In this document: in pieces, positions 1-8,999 of the stretch | How the letters are laid out: every line of letters begins with the position of its first letter | Position numbering within the stretch: the first letter of the stretch is position 1 | Origin: Gemmatimonadales bacterium | GTDB lineage: Bacteria; Gemmatimonadota; Gemmatimonadetes; Gemmatimonadales; GWC2-71-9 | DNA: 61,584 bases | Direction: 5' to 3' | Assembly (NCBI GenBank): GCA_037916975.1 | Contig: JBAIWX010000009.1 | Coordinates: forward strand, 1-61,584 | Position numbers and translations under genes: made by a program | Notes under the pieces: generated by a model | The model's database searches: none | Told to the model about the DNA's origin: nothing | The model's input: the letters and a program-made list of their open reading frames with translations, nothing else

Positions 1-2219
1 AGGCTCAGCTCGACGCCGCGGTTCCGCATGCTGCCGATGTTGGTCGTCACGAAGTCGCCGACGTTCGTGCCCGCCGCCACCGGGACCCGGAAGATCAGGT
101 CCGTGGTCTTCTTGTTGTAGAAGTCGATGGCGCCGGAGAAGCGGCCGTTCGCGATGGCGTAGTCGAGGCCGAAGTCGTAGGACTGCGTGGCCTCCCAGTG
201 GATGTTCGGGTCCACCGCGCTCGGGCGGATGGTCGTGATCCAGGTGCCGTCGAGCCAGTACTGCGTCTGCGCGTCACCCACGGTGTAGGTGGAGTTCTGC
301 AGGTAGTTCGCGAAGGCCTGGTTGCCCGTCTTCGCCCACGAGGCGCGGAGCTTGAGGTCCGTCAGCCACTTCACGTCGCGCAGGAAGGACTCCTGCGAGA
401 TGCGCCAGCCTGCCGAGACCGAGGGGAAGTAGCCCCACGCGCGGTCCTTGCCGAAGCGCGACGAGCCGTCGCGCCGGAGGCTCGCGGCGAGGATGTACTT
501 GTCGTTGACGTTGTAGTTCGCCCGCCCGAAGAACGAGATGAGCTTGCTCTCCTGGACGTTGTAGCGGTCCACGCTGGTCCGCGCCCCGGGGATCCCGTTG
601 AGGCCGAGCAGGTCCGTGCTCAGGCCGTTGAGCTGGAGCTCCGGGGTGTCCGCGTACGACTTGCCGTACGAGTAGCCCGCCGTGAGGTCGAGCGCGCCGG
701 GACCGACCGGCTTCGGCGCCGTGTAGCTGAGGAAGCCCTCCAGCACGGTGTTCGTCGCCGTCGGCTGGCGGCGGTAGAGGCTGCCGTCGTTGCCGGTCTT
801 CGACTGCCCGTGGAGGATGCTCGGGAAGAAGTTCTCGCGCGTGGCCTTCGTGACGTCGTAGCCCAGGTTCAGGTTGGCCTTGAGCCCCTCGACCTGCGGG
901 AGGCTGTAGCTCGCCTGGATGTTGCCGATGCTGCGGTAGGTCGTGCCGCGGTCGATCGCCAGCCGGTAGAGCTCGACCGGGTTGTCCGCCGTCGTCGTCC
1001 CGCCGGTCCAGTTGAAGTAGCCCGTCTCCGCGTTCGGGTCGAGCACCGGCTGCGTGGGCCCCATCCCGATCGCGTTCGAGAGCACGCCGTCCGGCGTGAA
1101 CCGGTCCTCGGTGCGCGAGCCGCGGATGCTCGTGCGGAGCGAGAGGCGGTCACTGAAGAGCTTCTGGTTGTAGTTGACGCCGAGGGCCAGGCGGCGCGTC
1201 TTCGTGTCCTGCAGGATGCCGTTCTGGTCGAGGAAGTTGAACGAGAGGCGGTAGTCGTTCGTCGCGCCGCTGCCGGAGATCGCGAAGTTGTGCTCCTGGC
1301 CGTACGCCGAGCGGTCGATCTGCTTGATCCAGTCGGTGTTCGCGTTGCCCAGGAGGCCGACCCGCGTCGGCGCGAACTGCTCGACCGCCGCGCGGAACTG
1401 CGCCGCGTTGAGCATGGACGGCACCCGCGTCACCGCGGAGGCCGAGGCGGTGCCGCTGTACTCGAAGGCCGGCCGGCGCTTGCCCGACTTGGTCGTGATC
1501 AGGATGACGCCGTTCGCCGCGTTGGCGCCGTAGATCGCCGCCGCCGAGGCGTCCCGCAGCACCGTGATGCTCTCGATGTCGTCGGGGTTGATGAAGTTGA
1601 GCGGGTCGCGGCCCGCCGAGAGGCCGCCGCCCGAGCTGCCGAGCGGGAGGCCGTCCACCACGTAGAGCGGCTCGTTGCTCGCGTTCACCGACGTGGCGCC
1701 GCGGATGCGGATCGAGGTCCCGCCGCCCGGCTCGTTGCTCTCCACCACCTGCACGCCCGCGGCCTTGTTCTGGATCAGCTCGCTCGGGCTCACGATGCGG
1801 CCCGTGTTGAACTCGTCGGCGTTCACCGCCGTCACCGCGCCGGTGACCGCACCGGCGCGCTGCTCGCCGTAGCCGACCACCACCATCTCCGTCAGGTTCA
1901 CCGCCTGCGGCGTGAGCGCGAGGTCCACCTCGAGCACGTCGTTCGCCGCCACGGTCACGAGGCGGGACGCAGGGGCGTACCCGAGGATGCGGGTCCGCAG
2001 CGTGTCCGTGCCGGCCCGCACGCCGGTCAGGATGTAGTGGCCGTCCTCCCGCGACAGCGCGCTGCGGCTGCCCACGGTGATGGTCACGCCCGCCACCGGC
2101 TTCTGCGTCGTCGCATCCGTCACGACGCCTTTCACGGTGCCCGTGCTCTCCTGGGCGCGGAGGGGCATGACCCAGGCCGCAGCCAGGAGCATGCCGATGC
2201 CGAACGACAGCCTTCTCAT
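1..2219 (-). CDS. TonB-dependent outer-membrane receptor, SusC/RagA type (C-terminal end runs off the window)
   Basis: Absent from the ORF track because it is open at the window edge. Reverse-complement translation from ATG 2219..2217 gives MRRLSFGIGMLLAAAWVMPLRAQE (signal peptide), TGTVKGVVTDATTQKPVAGVTITV (CarboxypepD_reg-like), then VVVGYGEQRAGAVTGAVTAVNADEF and SIRIRGATSVNASNEPLYVVDG (SusC/RagA plug motifs), followed by barrel sequence down to position 1. AAAGGA lies 8 nt upstream of the ATG. Confidence 0.85.
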   Translation of the reverse strand, partial: MRRLSFGIGMLLAAAWVMPLRAQESTGTVKGVVTDATTQKPVAGVTITVGSRSALSREDGHYILTGVRAGTDTLRTRILGYAPASRLVTVAANDVLEVDLALTPQAVNLTEMVVVGYGEQRAGAVTGAVTAVNADEFNTGRIVSPSELIQNKAAGVQVVESNEPGGGTSIRIRGATSVNASNEPLYVVDGLPLGSSGGGLSAGRDPLNFINPDDIESITVLRDASAAAIYGANAANGVILITTKSGKRRPAFEYSGTASASAVTRVPSMLNAAQFRAAVEQFAPTRVGLLGNANTDWIKQIDRSAYGQEHNFAISGSGATNDYRLSFNFLDQNGILQDTKTRRLALGVNYNQKLFSDRLSLRTSIRGSRTEDRFTPDGVLSNAIGMGPTQPVLDPNAETGYFNWTGGTTTADNPVELYRLAIDRGTTYRSIGNIQASYSLPQVEGLKANLNLGYDVTKATRENFFPSILHGQSKTGNDGSLYRRQPTATNTVLEGFLSYTAPKPVGPGALDLTAGYSYGKSYADTPELQLNGLSTDLLGLNGIPGARTSVDRYNVQESKLISFFGRANYNVNDKYILAASLRRDGSSRFGKDRAWGYFPSVSAGWRISQESFLRDVKWLTDLKLRASWAKTGNQAFANYLQNSTYTVGDAQTQYWLDGTWITTIRPSAVDPNIHWEATQSYDFGLDYAIANGRFSGAIDFYNKKTTDLIFRVPVAAGTNVGDFVTTNIGSMRNRGVELS

Positions 2220-2251
2220 ACGCGGGCGTCCTTTCACGAACAGGCGGGACG

Positions 2252-2274
2252 AAAAACCCCGGACGGGGCCGGGG
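2252..2274 (-). terminator. Intrinsic-terminator-like hairpin plus U5 inside the 5' leader of the SusC-like gene (possible attenuator or riboswitch expression platform)
   Basis: The minus strand reads CCCCGG-CCCCGU-CCGGGG (6-bp GC stem) followed directly by UUUUU. It ends about 32 nt upstream of the ATG at 2219. Confidence 0.45.
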
Positions 2275-2597
2275 CGGAATGGAACAGCGGGAACGACGAC
2301 GCGTTGGGCAGCGCCCGGTTCAGGGCATTGCCGTTGGCGCTCGGGAGTACCGACCGCGCGGCGGGCACGGCGTCAGCGCCGCGCCGGCGCGCGGGGACGC
2401 GCGGACGAGAGGGACCCACTCGGGGCTGGGGACCGCACACGCGGAGTGCCGATCGATCGAGCAATCGGGTTGCTGCGCCTGATGATGTGTGGGGGGCGTG
2501 GCCGCTGGGGCCGACGATGCTGCGTGGCGCGGGCGTTCGACCGGCCAGTCGAGGGGCGGGGGTGGATTCCTGCCGTGCCGACCGCGCTACCGTCACG

Positions 2598-2626
2598 ATT
2601 CTGCTACGCGGTTCGCGCCGCGTCAA
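2598..2626 (-). promoter_or_regulatory. Sigma70-like promoter candidate for the SusC-like gene
   Basis: The minus strand reads TTGACG (2626..2621), a 17-nt spacer, then CAGAAT (2603..2598). This would give a leader of about 370 nt. Confidence 0.3.
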
Positions 2627-2667
2627 GAGGGCATGACAGCAACCGCTGCCGGGTGTCAGGCGCCGTG

Positions 2668-2695
2668 ACAAACCCGGCAGGAACTGCCGGTTTGT
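2668..2695. other. Strong hairpin (12 bp, one bulged C, GAA loop) in the divergent intergenic region
   Basis: ACAAACCCGGCAG-GAA-CUGCCGGUUUGU. On the plus strand the 3' arm ends UUUGUU, so it is terminator-like in both orientations. Confidence 0.4.
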
Positions 2696-2818
2696 TCATC
2701 CTCACGCCGGGGGCGACGCCGCTCCCTCGACAACAGCAAGTGACACGCGCCCGCCCGCGCTGCCCGCGCTACATTCCGCGCGCCACCCGCCGCACCGTCC
2801 TCACCCGGAGCGCCCCGC

Positions 2819-4876
2819 ATGCCCCGCCACTCGTCCGCCGCTCGCCTGATCGCGCACCTCGGCGTCGTCCTCCTGCCGCTCGCCTCGCTGCACGCGCAGG
2901 CCGTCCCCGGCCTCGACGCCGCCGGCATGGACCGGAGCGTGCGCCCCGGCGACGACTTCTTCCGCTACGCGAACGGTGCCTGGGTCCGCTCGTTCGAGAT
3001 CCCGCCCGACCGGAGCGCCTATGGCGCCTTCAACATCGCCGCCGAACGCGCGGACCGCGCGCTGACAGAGCTGGTGGAAGGCGCCGCGGCCACCGAGGCG
3101 CCGGCGGGATCCGACCGACGGAAGATCGGCGACTTCTATCGGGCGTGGGCCGACACCGCGGCGATCGACCGGGCGGGGCTCGCCCCGCTCGCGCCGGAGC
3201 TCGCGCGCATCGCGGCCATCGGGGACCGCACGGCGCTCGCCCGCTACTTCGGCTCCACGCTCCGCGCCGACGTGGACATCCTGAACGACGGCGACCTCCA
3301 CACCGCCAACTTCCTCGGCCTCTGGGTCGAGGAGGACTTCGACGACCCGAGCCGCGCCGCCGCCATCCTCGTGCAGGGCGGGCTCGCGCTCCCGGACCGC
3401 CGCTACTACCTCGACACCACCGCCGCGATGGTCACGCTGCGCGGACAGTACCGCGCGCACGTCGCCCGCATGCTCTCGCTCGCGGGCTTCGCGGACGCCG
3501 AGGCGATGGCCGACCGGGTGCTGGCGCTCGAGACGCGCATCGCGCAGGTGCACGCCTCGCGCGAAGACTCGTGGGACCCGGCCAAGGGGAACAACCACTG
3601 GGCGCGCGCGGACTTCCCCGTGAAGGCCCCGGGGCTCGACTGGGACGCCTTCTTCGCCGCCGCCGGGCTCGCTGCCGCGCCCGCGTATGTCGCCTGGCAG
3701 CCCGCCGCCGTCACCGGCCTCTCGGCCCTCGCGGCGAGCGAGCCGCTCGACGCCTGGAAGGCGCTCCTCGCCTACCACGCCGTCGAGCATCGGGCCGACG
3801 TCCTGCCGGCGCCGTTCCGTGCCGAGGCATTCGCCTTCTTCGGCACGACCCTCGGCGGGACGCCCGCGCAGCCGCCCCGCGCGCGCCGCGCCGTCGCCGC
3901 GACGAGCGCGGCCCTGGGCTTCGCGGTGGGACGGCTCTACGTGGAGCGCTACTTCCCGGCGAGCGCCAAGACGCGCACCGAGCGCATGGTGCGGGAGATC
4001 ATCCGCGCCTTCGGCCGGCGCATCGACGCCCTCGCCTGGATGGCGCCGGCCACGAAGGCGGCGGCGAAGGCCAAGCTCGCGACGCTCCGCGTGAGCGTCG
4101 GGTATCCCGATCGCTGGCCGTCGTACGACGGCCTGGACGTCGTCCCCGGCGACGCGTACGGGAACGCCGAGCGGGTCGAGGCGTTCGCCTACCGGCGCGC
4201 CCTCGCGGCACTCCGGGGGCCCATCGACCGCGACGCGTGGGCGATGACGCCCCAGACGGTGAACGCCGTCAACCTCCCGGCGCGGAACGCGATGAACTTC
4301 CCCGCCGCCATCCTGCAGCCGCCCTTCTTCGATCCCGCGCGCCCCGACGCGATGAATTACGGGGCCATCGGCGCCGTGATCGGCCACGAGATCAGCCACA
4401 GCTTCGACAACCTGGGCGCCCTCTTCGACGCGACGGGCCGCCTGCGGAACTGGTGGACCCCCGACGACCTCGCGCACTTCAACGCCGCCGGCGACCGGCT
4501 CGTGGCGCAGTTCGACGCCTACCGCCCGCTCCCCGACCTCGCGGTGAACGGCCGGCTCACCCTAGCCGAGAACATTGCCGACGTGGCGGGGCTCTCGTCG
4601 GCGCTCGACGCCTGGCACGCGGCGCTCCGCGGCCGCCCGGCACCGCGGGTGGGCGGACTCACCGGGGACCAGCAGTTCTTCCTGAGCTTCGCGCAGGCGT
4701 GGCGCGGCAAGATGCGGGAGGCGGCGCTGCGGCAGCGGCTCCTCACCGACGGTCACGCACCGGGCCCGTACCGGGCGCTCACCGTGCGGAACCTGGACGC
4801 CTGGTACCGCGCGTTCGGCGTGAAGCCCGGCGAGGCGCTCTACCTCGCGCCGGCCGAGCGGGTGCGGGTGTGGTGA
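2819..4876 (+). CDS. M13 family zinc metallopeptidase (PepO/neprilysin-like), secreted
   Basis: 685-aa ORF with a signal-like N-terminus. It carries GDDFFRYANGAW, NAVNLPARNAMNFPAAILQPPFF, the HExxH zinc motif VIGHEISHSF, and AENIADVAGL. Confidence 0.9.
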   Translation: MPRHSSAARLIAHLGVVLLPLASLHAQAVPGLDAAGMDRSVRPGDDFFRYANGAWVRSFEIPPDRSAYGAFNIAAERADRALTELVEGAAATEAPAGSDRRKIGDFYRAWADTAAIDRAGLAPLAPELARIAAIGDRTALARYFGSTLRADVDILNDGDLHTANFLGLWVEEDFDDPSRAAAILVQGGLALPDRRYYLDTTAAMVTLRGQYRAHVARMLSLAGFADAEAMADRVLALETRIAQVHASREDSWDPAKGNNHWARADFPVKAPGLDWDAFFAAAGLAAAPAYVAWQPAAVTGLSALAASEPLDAWKALLAYHAVEHRADVLPAPFRAEAFAFFGTTLGGTPAQPPRARRAVAATSAALGFAVGRLYVERYFPASAKTRTERMVREIIRAFGRRIDALAWMAPATKAAAKAKLATLRVSVGYPDRWPSYDGLDVVPGDAYGNAERVEAFAYRRALAALRGPIDRDAWAMTPQTVNAVNLPARNAMNFPAAILQPPFFDPARPDAMNYGAIGAVIGHEISHSFDNLGALFDATGRLRNWWTPDDLAHFNAAGDRLVAQFDAYRPLPDLAVNGRLTLAENIADVAGLSSALDAWHAALRGRPAPRVGGLTGDQQFFLSFAQAWRGKMREAALRQRLLTDGHAPGPYRALTVRNLDAWYRAFGVKPGEALYLAPAERVRVW

Positions 4877-4911
4877 CGGACGTGGCCGGGGCGGGCCGGG
4901 GGCGGGCGCGC

Positions 4912-4932
4912 GCGTGACCCGTCGGGTCACGC
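4912..4932. terminator. Bidirectional hairpin between convergent genes
   Basis: GCGTGACCC-GTC-GGGTCACGC is a perfect 9-bp stem. It lies between the M13 stop (4876) and the stop of the minus-strand gene (4940). Confidence 0.5.
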
Positions 4933-4939
4933 AGGAGGA

Positions 4940-5320
4940 TCAGGCGGGGACGGGCGCGGCGATGGTGACGCTGACGAGGCGTACGCCGTGGCAGCGCGCG
5001 ATCCGGGCGAGGCAGGCCGAGCAGCGCTCGATCGTGTCGAGCGACTGCAGCGCGAACGGCGTGGCGCCGCGCACGCGCCAGGAGTCGTCGGCGAACGGCG
5101 TGTCCGGGCGCGCGCCGTCGGTCTGCCACCGGTGCTGGCGGCGCAGGAAGCCGGCGACCCGCGCCGCCCGCTCCTCGGTGGAGCAGAGGAAGGCGAAGCG
5201 GAGCTGCGCGACGACCGGCTCGAGCTGGCCCGAGCGGATCCCCTGCCAGAGTCGCAGTGCGCCGCTCAGCGAGCCAGGCGTTCGCGGGTCGCGGTATTCG
5301 TTGTCGGGGTGCTTGGTCAT
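4940..5320 (-). CDS. Hypothetical cytoplasmic protein (126 aa)
   Basis: MTKHPDNEYRDPRTPG... has normal amino-acid composition and very high GC3, whereas the antisense ORF 4914..5399 is Arg/Ser-rich. I recognised no family. Confidence 0.6.
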   Translation of the reverse strand: MTKHPDNEYRDPRTPGSLSGALRLWQGIRSGQLEPVVAQLRFAFLCSTEERAARVAGFLRRQHRWQTDGARPDTPFADDSWRVRGATPFALQSLDTIERCSACLARIARCHGVRLVSVTIAAPVPA

Positions 5321-5395
5321 GGGGAAAGATAGCCCGGTGGACCGTCAGGACCTAATCGGCGACGGCGTCCGCCGGCTCCCCGCGCCCGCAGCCCG

Positions 5396-6625
5396 GTGAC
5401 CGGCCCCGTCCCCCTTCGACGCGCCCGCGGCGCGATCCTCTTCGCCGGGCTCGGCTACTTCGTGGACGTCTTCGACCTGCTCCTCTTCGCGGTCGTGCGC
5501 GTCGCGAGCGTGCGTGACCTCGGGGCGGGTGATCGCGCCCTCGAGGCCGGCACCGCGCTCCAGAACGCGCAGCTCCTCGGGCTCATGCTGGGCGGGCTCG
5601 TCTTCGGCGTCCTCGGCGACCGCCGGGGGCGGCGCGCGGCGCTCTACGGCTCGATCCTCCTCTACAGCGTCGCCAACCTCGCGAACGCCACGGTCACGTC
5701 GCTCCGGGCCTATGAGGCCTGGCGCTTCATCGCGGGGTTCGGGCTCGCGGGTGAACTGGGGGCGGCCCTCACGATCGTGAGCGAGATGGTGGAACCGGCG
5801 CGACGTGGCACCGCGACGACGCTCGTCGCGACGCTCGGCGTGCTGGGGGCGGTGGCGGCGGCGCTCGTCGGCGAGCTCGTCCCCTGGCGCGCCGCGTACG
5901 CGACCGGCGGTGCGCTCGGGCTCCTGCTGCTCCTCGCCCGAGTGCGGCTCCGCGACTCCGGCATGTTCGAGCGGACCCGCGTCGCCGTCGCGCGCCGCGG
6001 CGACCTGCTCCGCCTCCTCGGGCACCCGGCACGTGCGGCGCGCTACGTCCGCGCGATCCTGATCGGCGTGCCGGTCTGGTTCGCGACGGGCGTGCTCGTC
6101 ACCTTCGCCCCCGAGTTCGCGCGGGTGCTGGGTGTGGCGGGCGAGGTCACCGCGGGCCGCGCGGTCCTGGCCTTCTACGCCGCCACCACCCTGGGCGACC
6201 TGACGAGCGGCCTCCTCAGCCAGCGGCTCGAGTCCCGCCGGCGGGCGGTGGCCATCTACCATGCCCTCCTCGCCGGCGGGATCGCCGCCTACCTCCTCGG
6301 CGCCGGGCGCACCCCGGCGGCGTTCTACGCCACCTGCGCGTGGCTCGGCTTCGCGACCGGCTACTGGGCGGTGATGGTGACGATGGCAGTGGAACAGTTC
6401 GGCACCGACCTCCGCGCCACGGCCGCCACGAGCGTGCCGACCTTCGTGCGCGCGACCGCCGTGCCGATGACGCTCGCCTTCCTGGCGCTCCGGCCAAGGC
6501 TCGGCATCGCCGGCGCGGCGGGGCTGGTCGGCGCGCTGTCGCTGGCAGCCGCCACCTGGGCGCTCGCGCACCAGGCGGAGACGTACGGGCGGGACCTCGA
6601 CTTCACCGAGTCAGACGCCGCCTGA
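5396..6625 (+). CDS. MFS transporter
   Basis: 409 aa with about 12 hydrophobic segments and the MFS loop motif GVLGDRRGRRAALYGS. GTG start. Confidence 0.8.
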   Translation: MTGPVPLRRARGAILFAGLGYFVDVFDLLLFAVVRVASVRDLGAGDRALEAGTALQNAQLLGLMLGGLVFGVLGDRRGRRAALYGSILLYSVANLANATVTSLRAYEAWRFIAGFGLAGELGAALTIVSEMVEPARRGTATTLVATLGVLGAVAAALVGELVPWRAAYATGGALGLLLLLARVRLRDSGMFERTRVAVARRGDLLRLLGHPARAARYVRAILIGVPVWFATGVLVTFAPEFARVLGVAGEVTAGRAVLAFYAATTLGDLTSGLLSQRLESRRRAVAIYHALLAGGIAAYLLGAGRTPAAFYATCAWLGFATGYWAVMVTMAVEQFGTDLRATAATSVPTFVRATAVPMTLAFLALRPRLGIAGAAGLVGALSLAAATWALAHQAETYGRDLDFTESDAA

Positions 6626-6643
6626 GGCGGCTCGCGCGGGCCG

Positions 6644-7120
6644 TCAGCCGCAGCTGAAGCAGCGCTCCACCCGCGCCATGAAGCACCCCGCCTCCGCGTT
6701 CCGCAGGTGCACGTAGGCCACGCCCGGCGTCGCGAACACCTCGGCAACCACCGCCTCCGGCTCCCGCCCGCCCACGCGCTCCTGGCGCCGCACCCAGCCG
6801 CCCTCGGCATAACCCTCGACCACGATCGGCAGCGCGCGCAGGTCGGGGGGAAACTCGAGCGCGTCGTAGCGCGCGCAGTGCTCGGCGTGGATGAAGACGG
6901 GACCGGGTGCGGGCAGCGCGCCCGGTTCGCGCACCGGCTGCCAGGTGAAGAGGAGGCGGTCCTCCTCGCCGACCCGGAAGGTGGCGAGGCACGAGCGGCA
7001 GGGGCCGTAGCCGCGCGCCGGCTCGCGCTGGGCGGCATGGCCGTAGCCGGGCGAGCGCAGCGTGGTGCGCACCTGGTCGGCGGCGTCGGCGGGAATGCCG
7101 GTGTAGCGGAAGACGGGCAT
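6644..7120 (-). CDS. DUF1203-like protein
   Basis: I prefer the internal ATG at 7120 (MPVFRYTGIPADAADQVR...). The 62 upstream codons of the track ORF are Arg/Pro-rich. The sequence contains GPCRSCL, PGPVFIHAEHC and FMARVERC. Confidence 0.6.
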   Translation of the reverse strand: MPVFRYTGIPADAADQVRTTLRSPGYGHAAQREPARGYGPCRSCLATFRVGEEDRLLFTWQPVREPGALPAPGPVFIHAEHCARYDALEFPPDLRALPIVVEGYAEGGWVRRQERVGGREPEAVVAEVFATPGVAYVHLRNAEAGCFMARVERCFSCG

Positions 7121-7321
7121 CGTCGGGCTCCGGTCGAAGGTGCCCCACGATACCCGTCGCGTGGTTCCGGTCGCGTCCCGGAACGTGCGGCCGAAGTTGC
7201 AGCGCGCGCTCCGGGACTCGCCGGTCGGCCCACGGCCCGGGCGATGACGTGGAACCGGTGCCCGGCGCGGGGTGCGGATTCCTCCCGCTGGACGCCGCGA
7301 GCGCACCCGGGCCGCCCCGCG

Positions 7322-8809
7322 CTACTGCGTCGCGTCCCGGATGATCTGGAGGATTCGCAGCGCCTCGTCGTGGATCACGCGGTCCTCCACGTTCCCCACG
7401 ACCCCGACGAAGTAGTAGGCGTCGGGGCGGACGAGGCAGGCGACTCGGAGGTTGTCCCCCTGAAGTCCCATGTACTGCGAGAACCCCGAGGGAATCCAGT
7501 CCCCGGCGCGCTCGGCGGTGTAGCCGAGCCGCTGGAATGCGTCCATGCAGCCGCCGGGGAAGCGCGGGCTCTCGCGGCCGTCGTTCCCGGTGGTGTTGAC
7601 CGAGGCCGGGACTGCCGAGATGCCCAGCGACTGGCCGCCCGGACCTGTTCCCAGGATCATGGCGCCCGCGTTGTCGGGATTGTCCGACGGCTGCACTTCC
7701 CACCGCCACGAACCCGCCGGGATGAAGAACGACACTCGGCTCTTCTGCAGCTGCACCCGCAGGCCGGTGCCCGCGCCGGCGGCAGGCGGCGCCATCGTGG
7801 GCGACGGCCCGCCGACGGGCGCCGCCGCCCCGGGCGAGAGCGTGCGCGCCATGGCGTCGAGCGCGGCGTAGATCGCGCTCGCGTCGCCGTCCACGTCGCC
7901 CACCACCGCGACGACGTAGGTCGCGCGGGACGGCACGCCGAGGCAGACCGCCGTGCCGGATGTGCCGCGAATCGCCGTGGGATGGTACGCCGCCGGCAGG
8001 AACCGCGGACGGTCCACCGGCGTGCCGGTGCCGCGCTTCGCGATCTCGCCCATCGCGGTGGCACACGACATGTCCTGCGTCAGCGGGACGGTGTTGAGGG
8101 TGAGCGCCGGCATCCCGCGGCGGGTGAAGGCGGTCCCGCCGTTCCCGAACGCCCCCGCACTCCAGGTCGCCGGGCCACCCGGCAGCGCCGCCACGACGGC
8201 CGCGGTCCAGTCGCCCGACGGGCCTGACGACGGTGCAGGTGAGGCCGGCGCGGCGGCCACCGGCGGGGCGGATGCCCCGAACATCGGCTCGAGCACGAGC
8301 CGCACCGTGCCCGGCACCGACGCGGGCGCGCCGTCGGACACGACGATCGCGGTGAGCGCGCGCGGCGGCTCGTCGTGGCAGAGCATCACGAGGCCCTGCG
8401 AGGTCCTGAGGACGGTCGGGTGCCACCCGGCGGGGGCCGGGAACTCGGATGCCAGTGCGCGCTGCGCCGCCCCGTTCCCCTCGAGCCGGGCGATGAGCGC
8501 CGTGCACGACGTCGGATCCTTGACCCAGCTCACCACGATCTGGAGGCTTCCGCCGCCCGACAGGGCACCGATCAACTGGTCGCTGTCGGGATTGCCGCCG
8601 GTGCCCTGGAAGGTGGAAACGCTCCAGGTCACGGGGCCGGGCAGCGGCACGAAGCGCACCCCGACCCTGGGCAGCGCGAGTTCCTGCGCCGCGAGCGAGG
8701 GGGCAGCTGCCGCTGGGGCGAGGAGGGCGAGGGCCGCCAGCCGCGCAGCGCGCAGGGCGGCCGCGGACCTCGCCGCGGTGCGGAACGAGAGAGACGGGCG
8801 GGCGGGCAT
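7322..8809 (-). CDS. Secreted hypothetical protein built from three divergent copies of a domain of about 150 aa
   Basis: Start at ATG 8809 (MPARPSLSFRTAARSAAALRAARLAALALLAPAAAAPSLAAQE, a signal peptide) with AGAGG 6 nt upstream. For the internal triplication see the findings. Confidence 0.7.
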   Translation of the reverse strand: MPARPSLSFRTAARSAAALRAARLAALALLAPAAAAPSLAAQELALPRVGVRFVPLPGPVTWSVSTFQGTGGNPDSDQLIGALSGGGSLQIVVSWVKDPTSCTALIARLEGNGAAQRALASEFPAPAGWHPTVLRTSQGLVMLCHDEPPRALTAIVVSDGAPASVPGTVRLVLEPMFGASAPPVAAAPASPAPSSGPSGDWTAAVVAALPGGPATWSAGAFGNGGTAFTRRGMPALTLNTVPLTQDMSCATAMGEIAKRGTGTPVDRPRFLPAAYHPTAIRGTSGTAVCLGVPSRATYVVAVVGDVDGDASAIYAALDAMARTLSPGAAAPVGGPSPTMAPPAAGAGTGLRVQLQKSRVSFFIPAGSWRWEVQPSDNPDNAGAMILGTGPGGQSLGISAVPASVNTTGNDGRESPRFPGGCMDAFQRLGYTAERAGDWIPSGFSQYMGLQGDNLRVACLVRPDAYYFVGVVGNVEDRVIHDEALRILQIIRDATQ

Positions 8810-8999
8810 GGCGACCTCTGGTGCGGAATCGGGTTGCGGGGTGCGGATGAGACGCCACAAGGATGGCGGACGGCCCTTAGCCATCCCTTAAGTGCCGACC
8901 GTATAGCATATAAGAGGGTCCGGCCCCCCGCATTGCGCCCCGACCCGGCCTGCGCCGACATTGCGGTCGCCACCATGCGCCGCCCCCCGGCGAGGACTC

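Noticed and set aside
2220-2700. A cobalamin riboswitch in the SusC-like leader, since TonB-dependent receptors are often B12-regulated.
   Set aside because: I looked for the B12 box (AGYCMGGnGACCkGCC-like) and the GGGAA/GGUG core on the minus strand. I found only a weak resemblance (GAACCGGGCGCUGCCCAACGCG). That is not enough to call, so the class is left open.
198-4917. Long track ORFs 198..2636 (+, 812 aa) and 2077..4917 (+, 946 aa).
   Set aside because: Their composition is Arg/Ala/Gly/Pro-rich with no motifs. The first is antisense to a clear SusC/RagA receptor. The second is a shifted frame of the M13 peptidase. Both are typical stop-free artefacts of high-GC DNA.
8885-8960. The most AT-rich patch of the window (CTTAAGTGCCGACCGTATAGCATATAAGAGGG) as an insertion scar, att site or mobile-element end.
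   Set aside because: There are no flanking repeats, integrase or transposase. It sits between divergent genes and contains -10-like hexamers (TATAGC, TATAAG). A divergent promoter region is the simpler reading.
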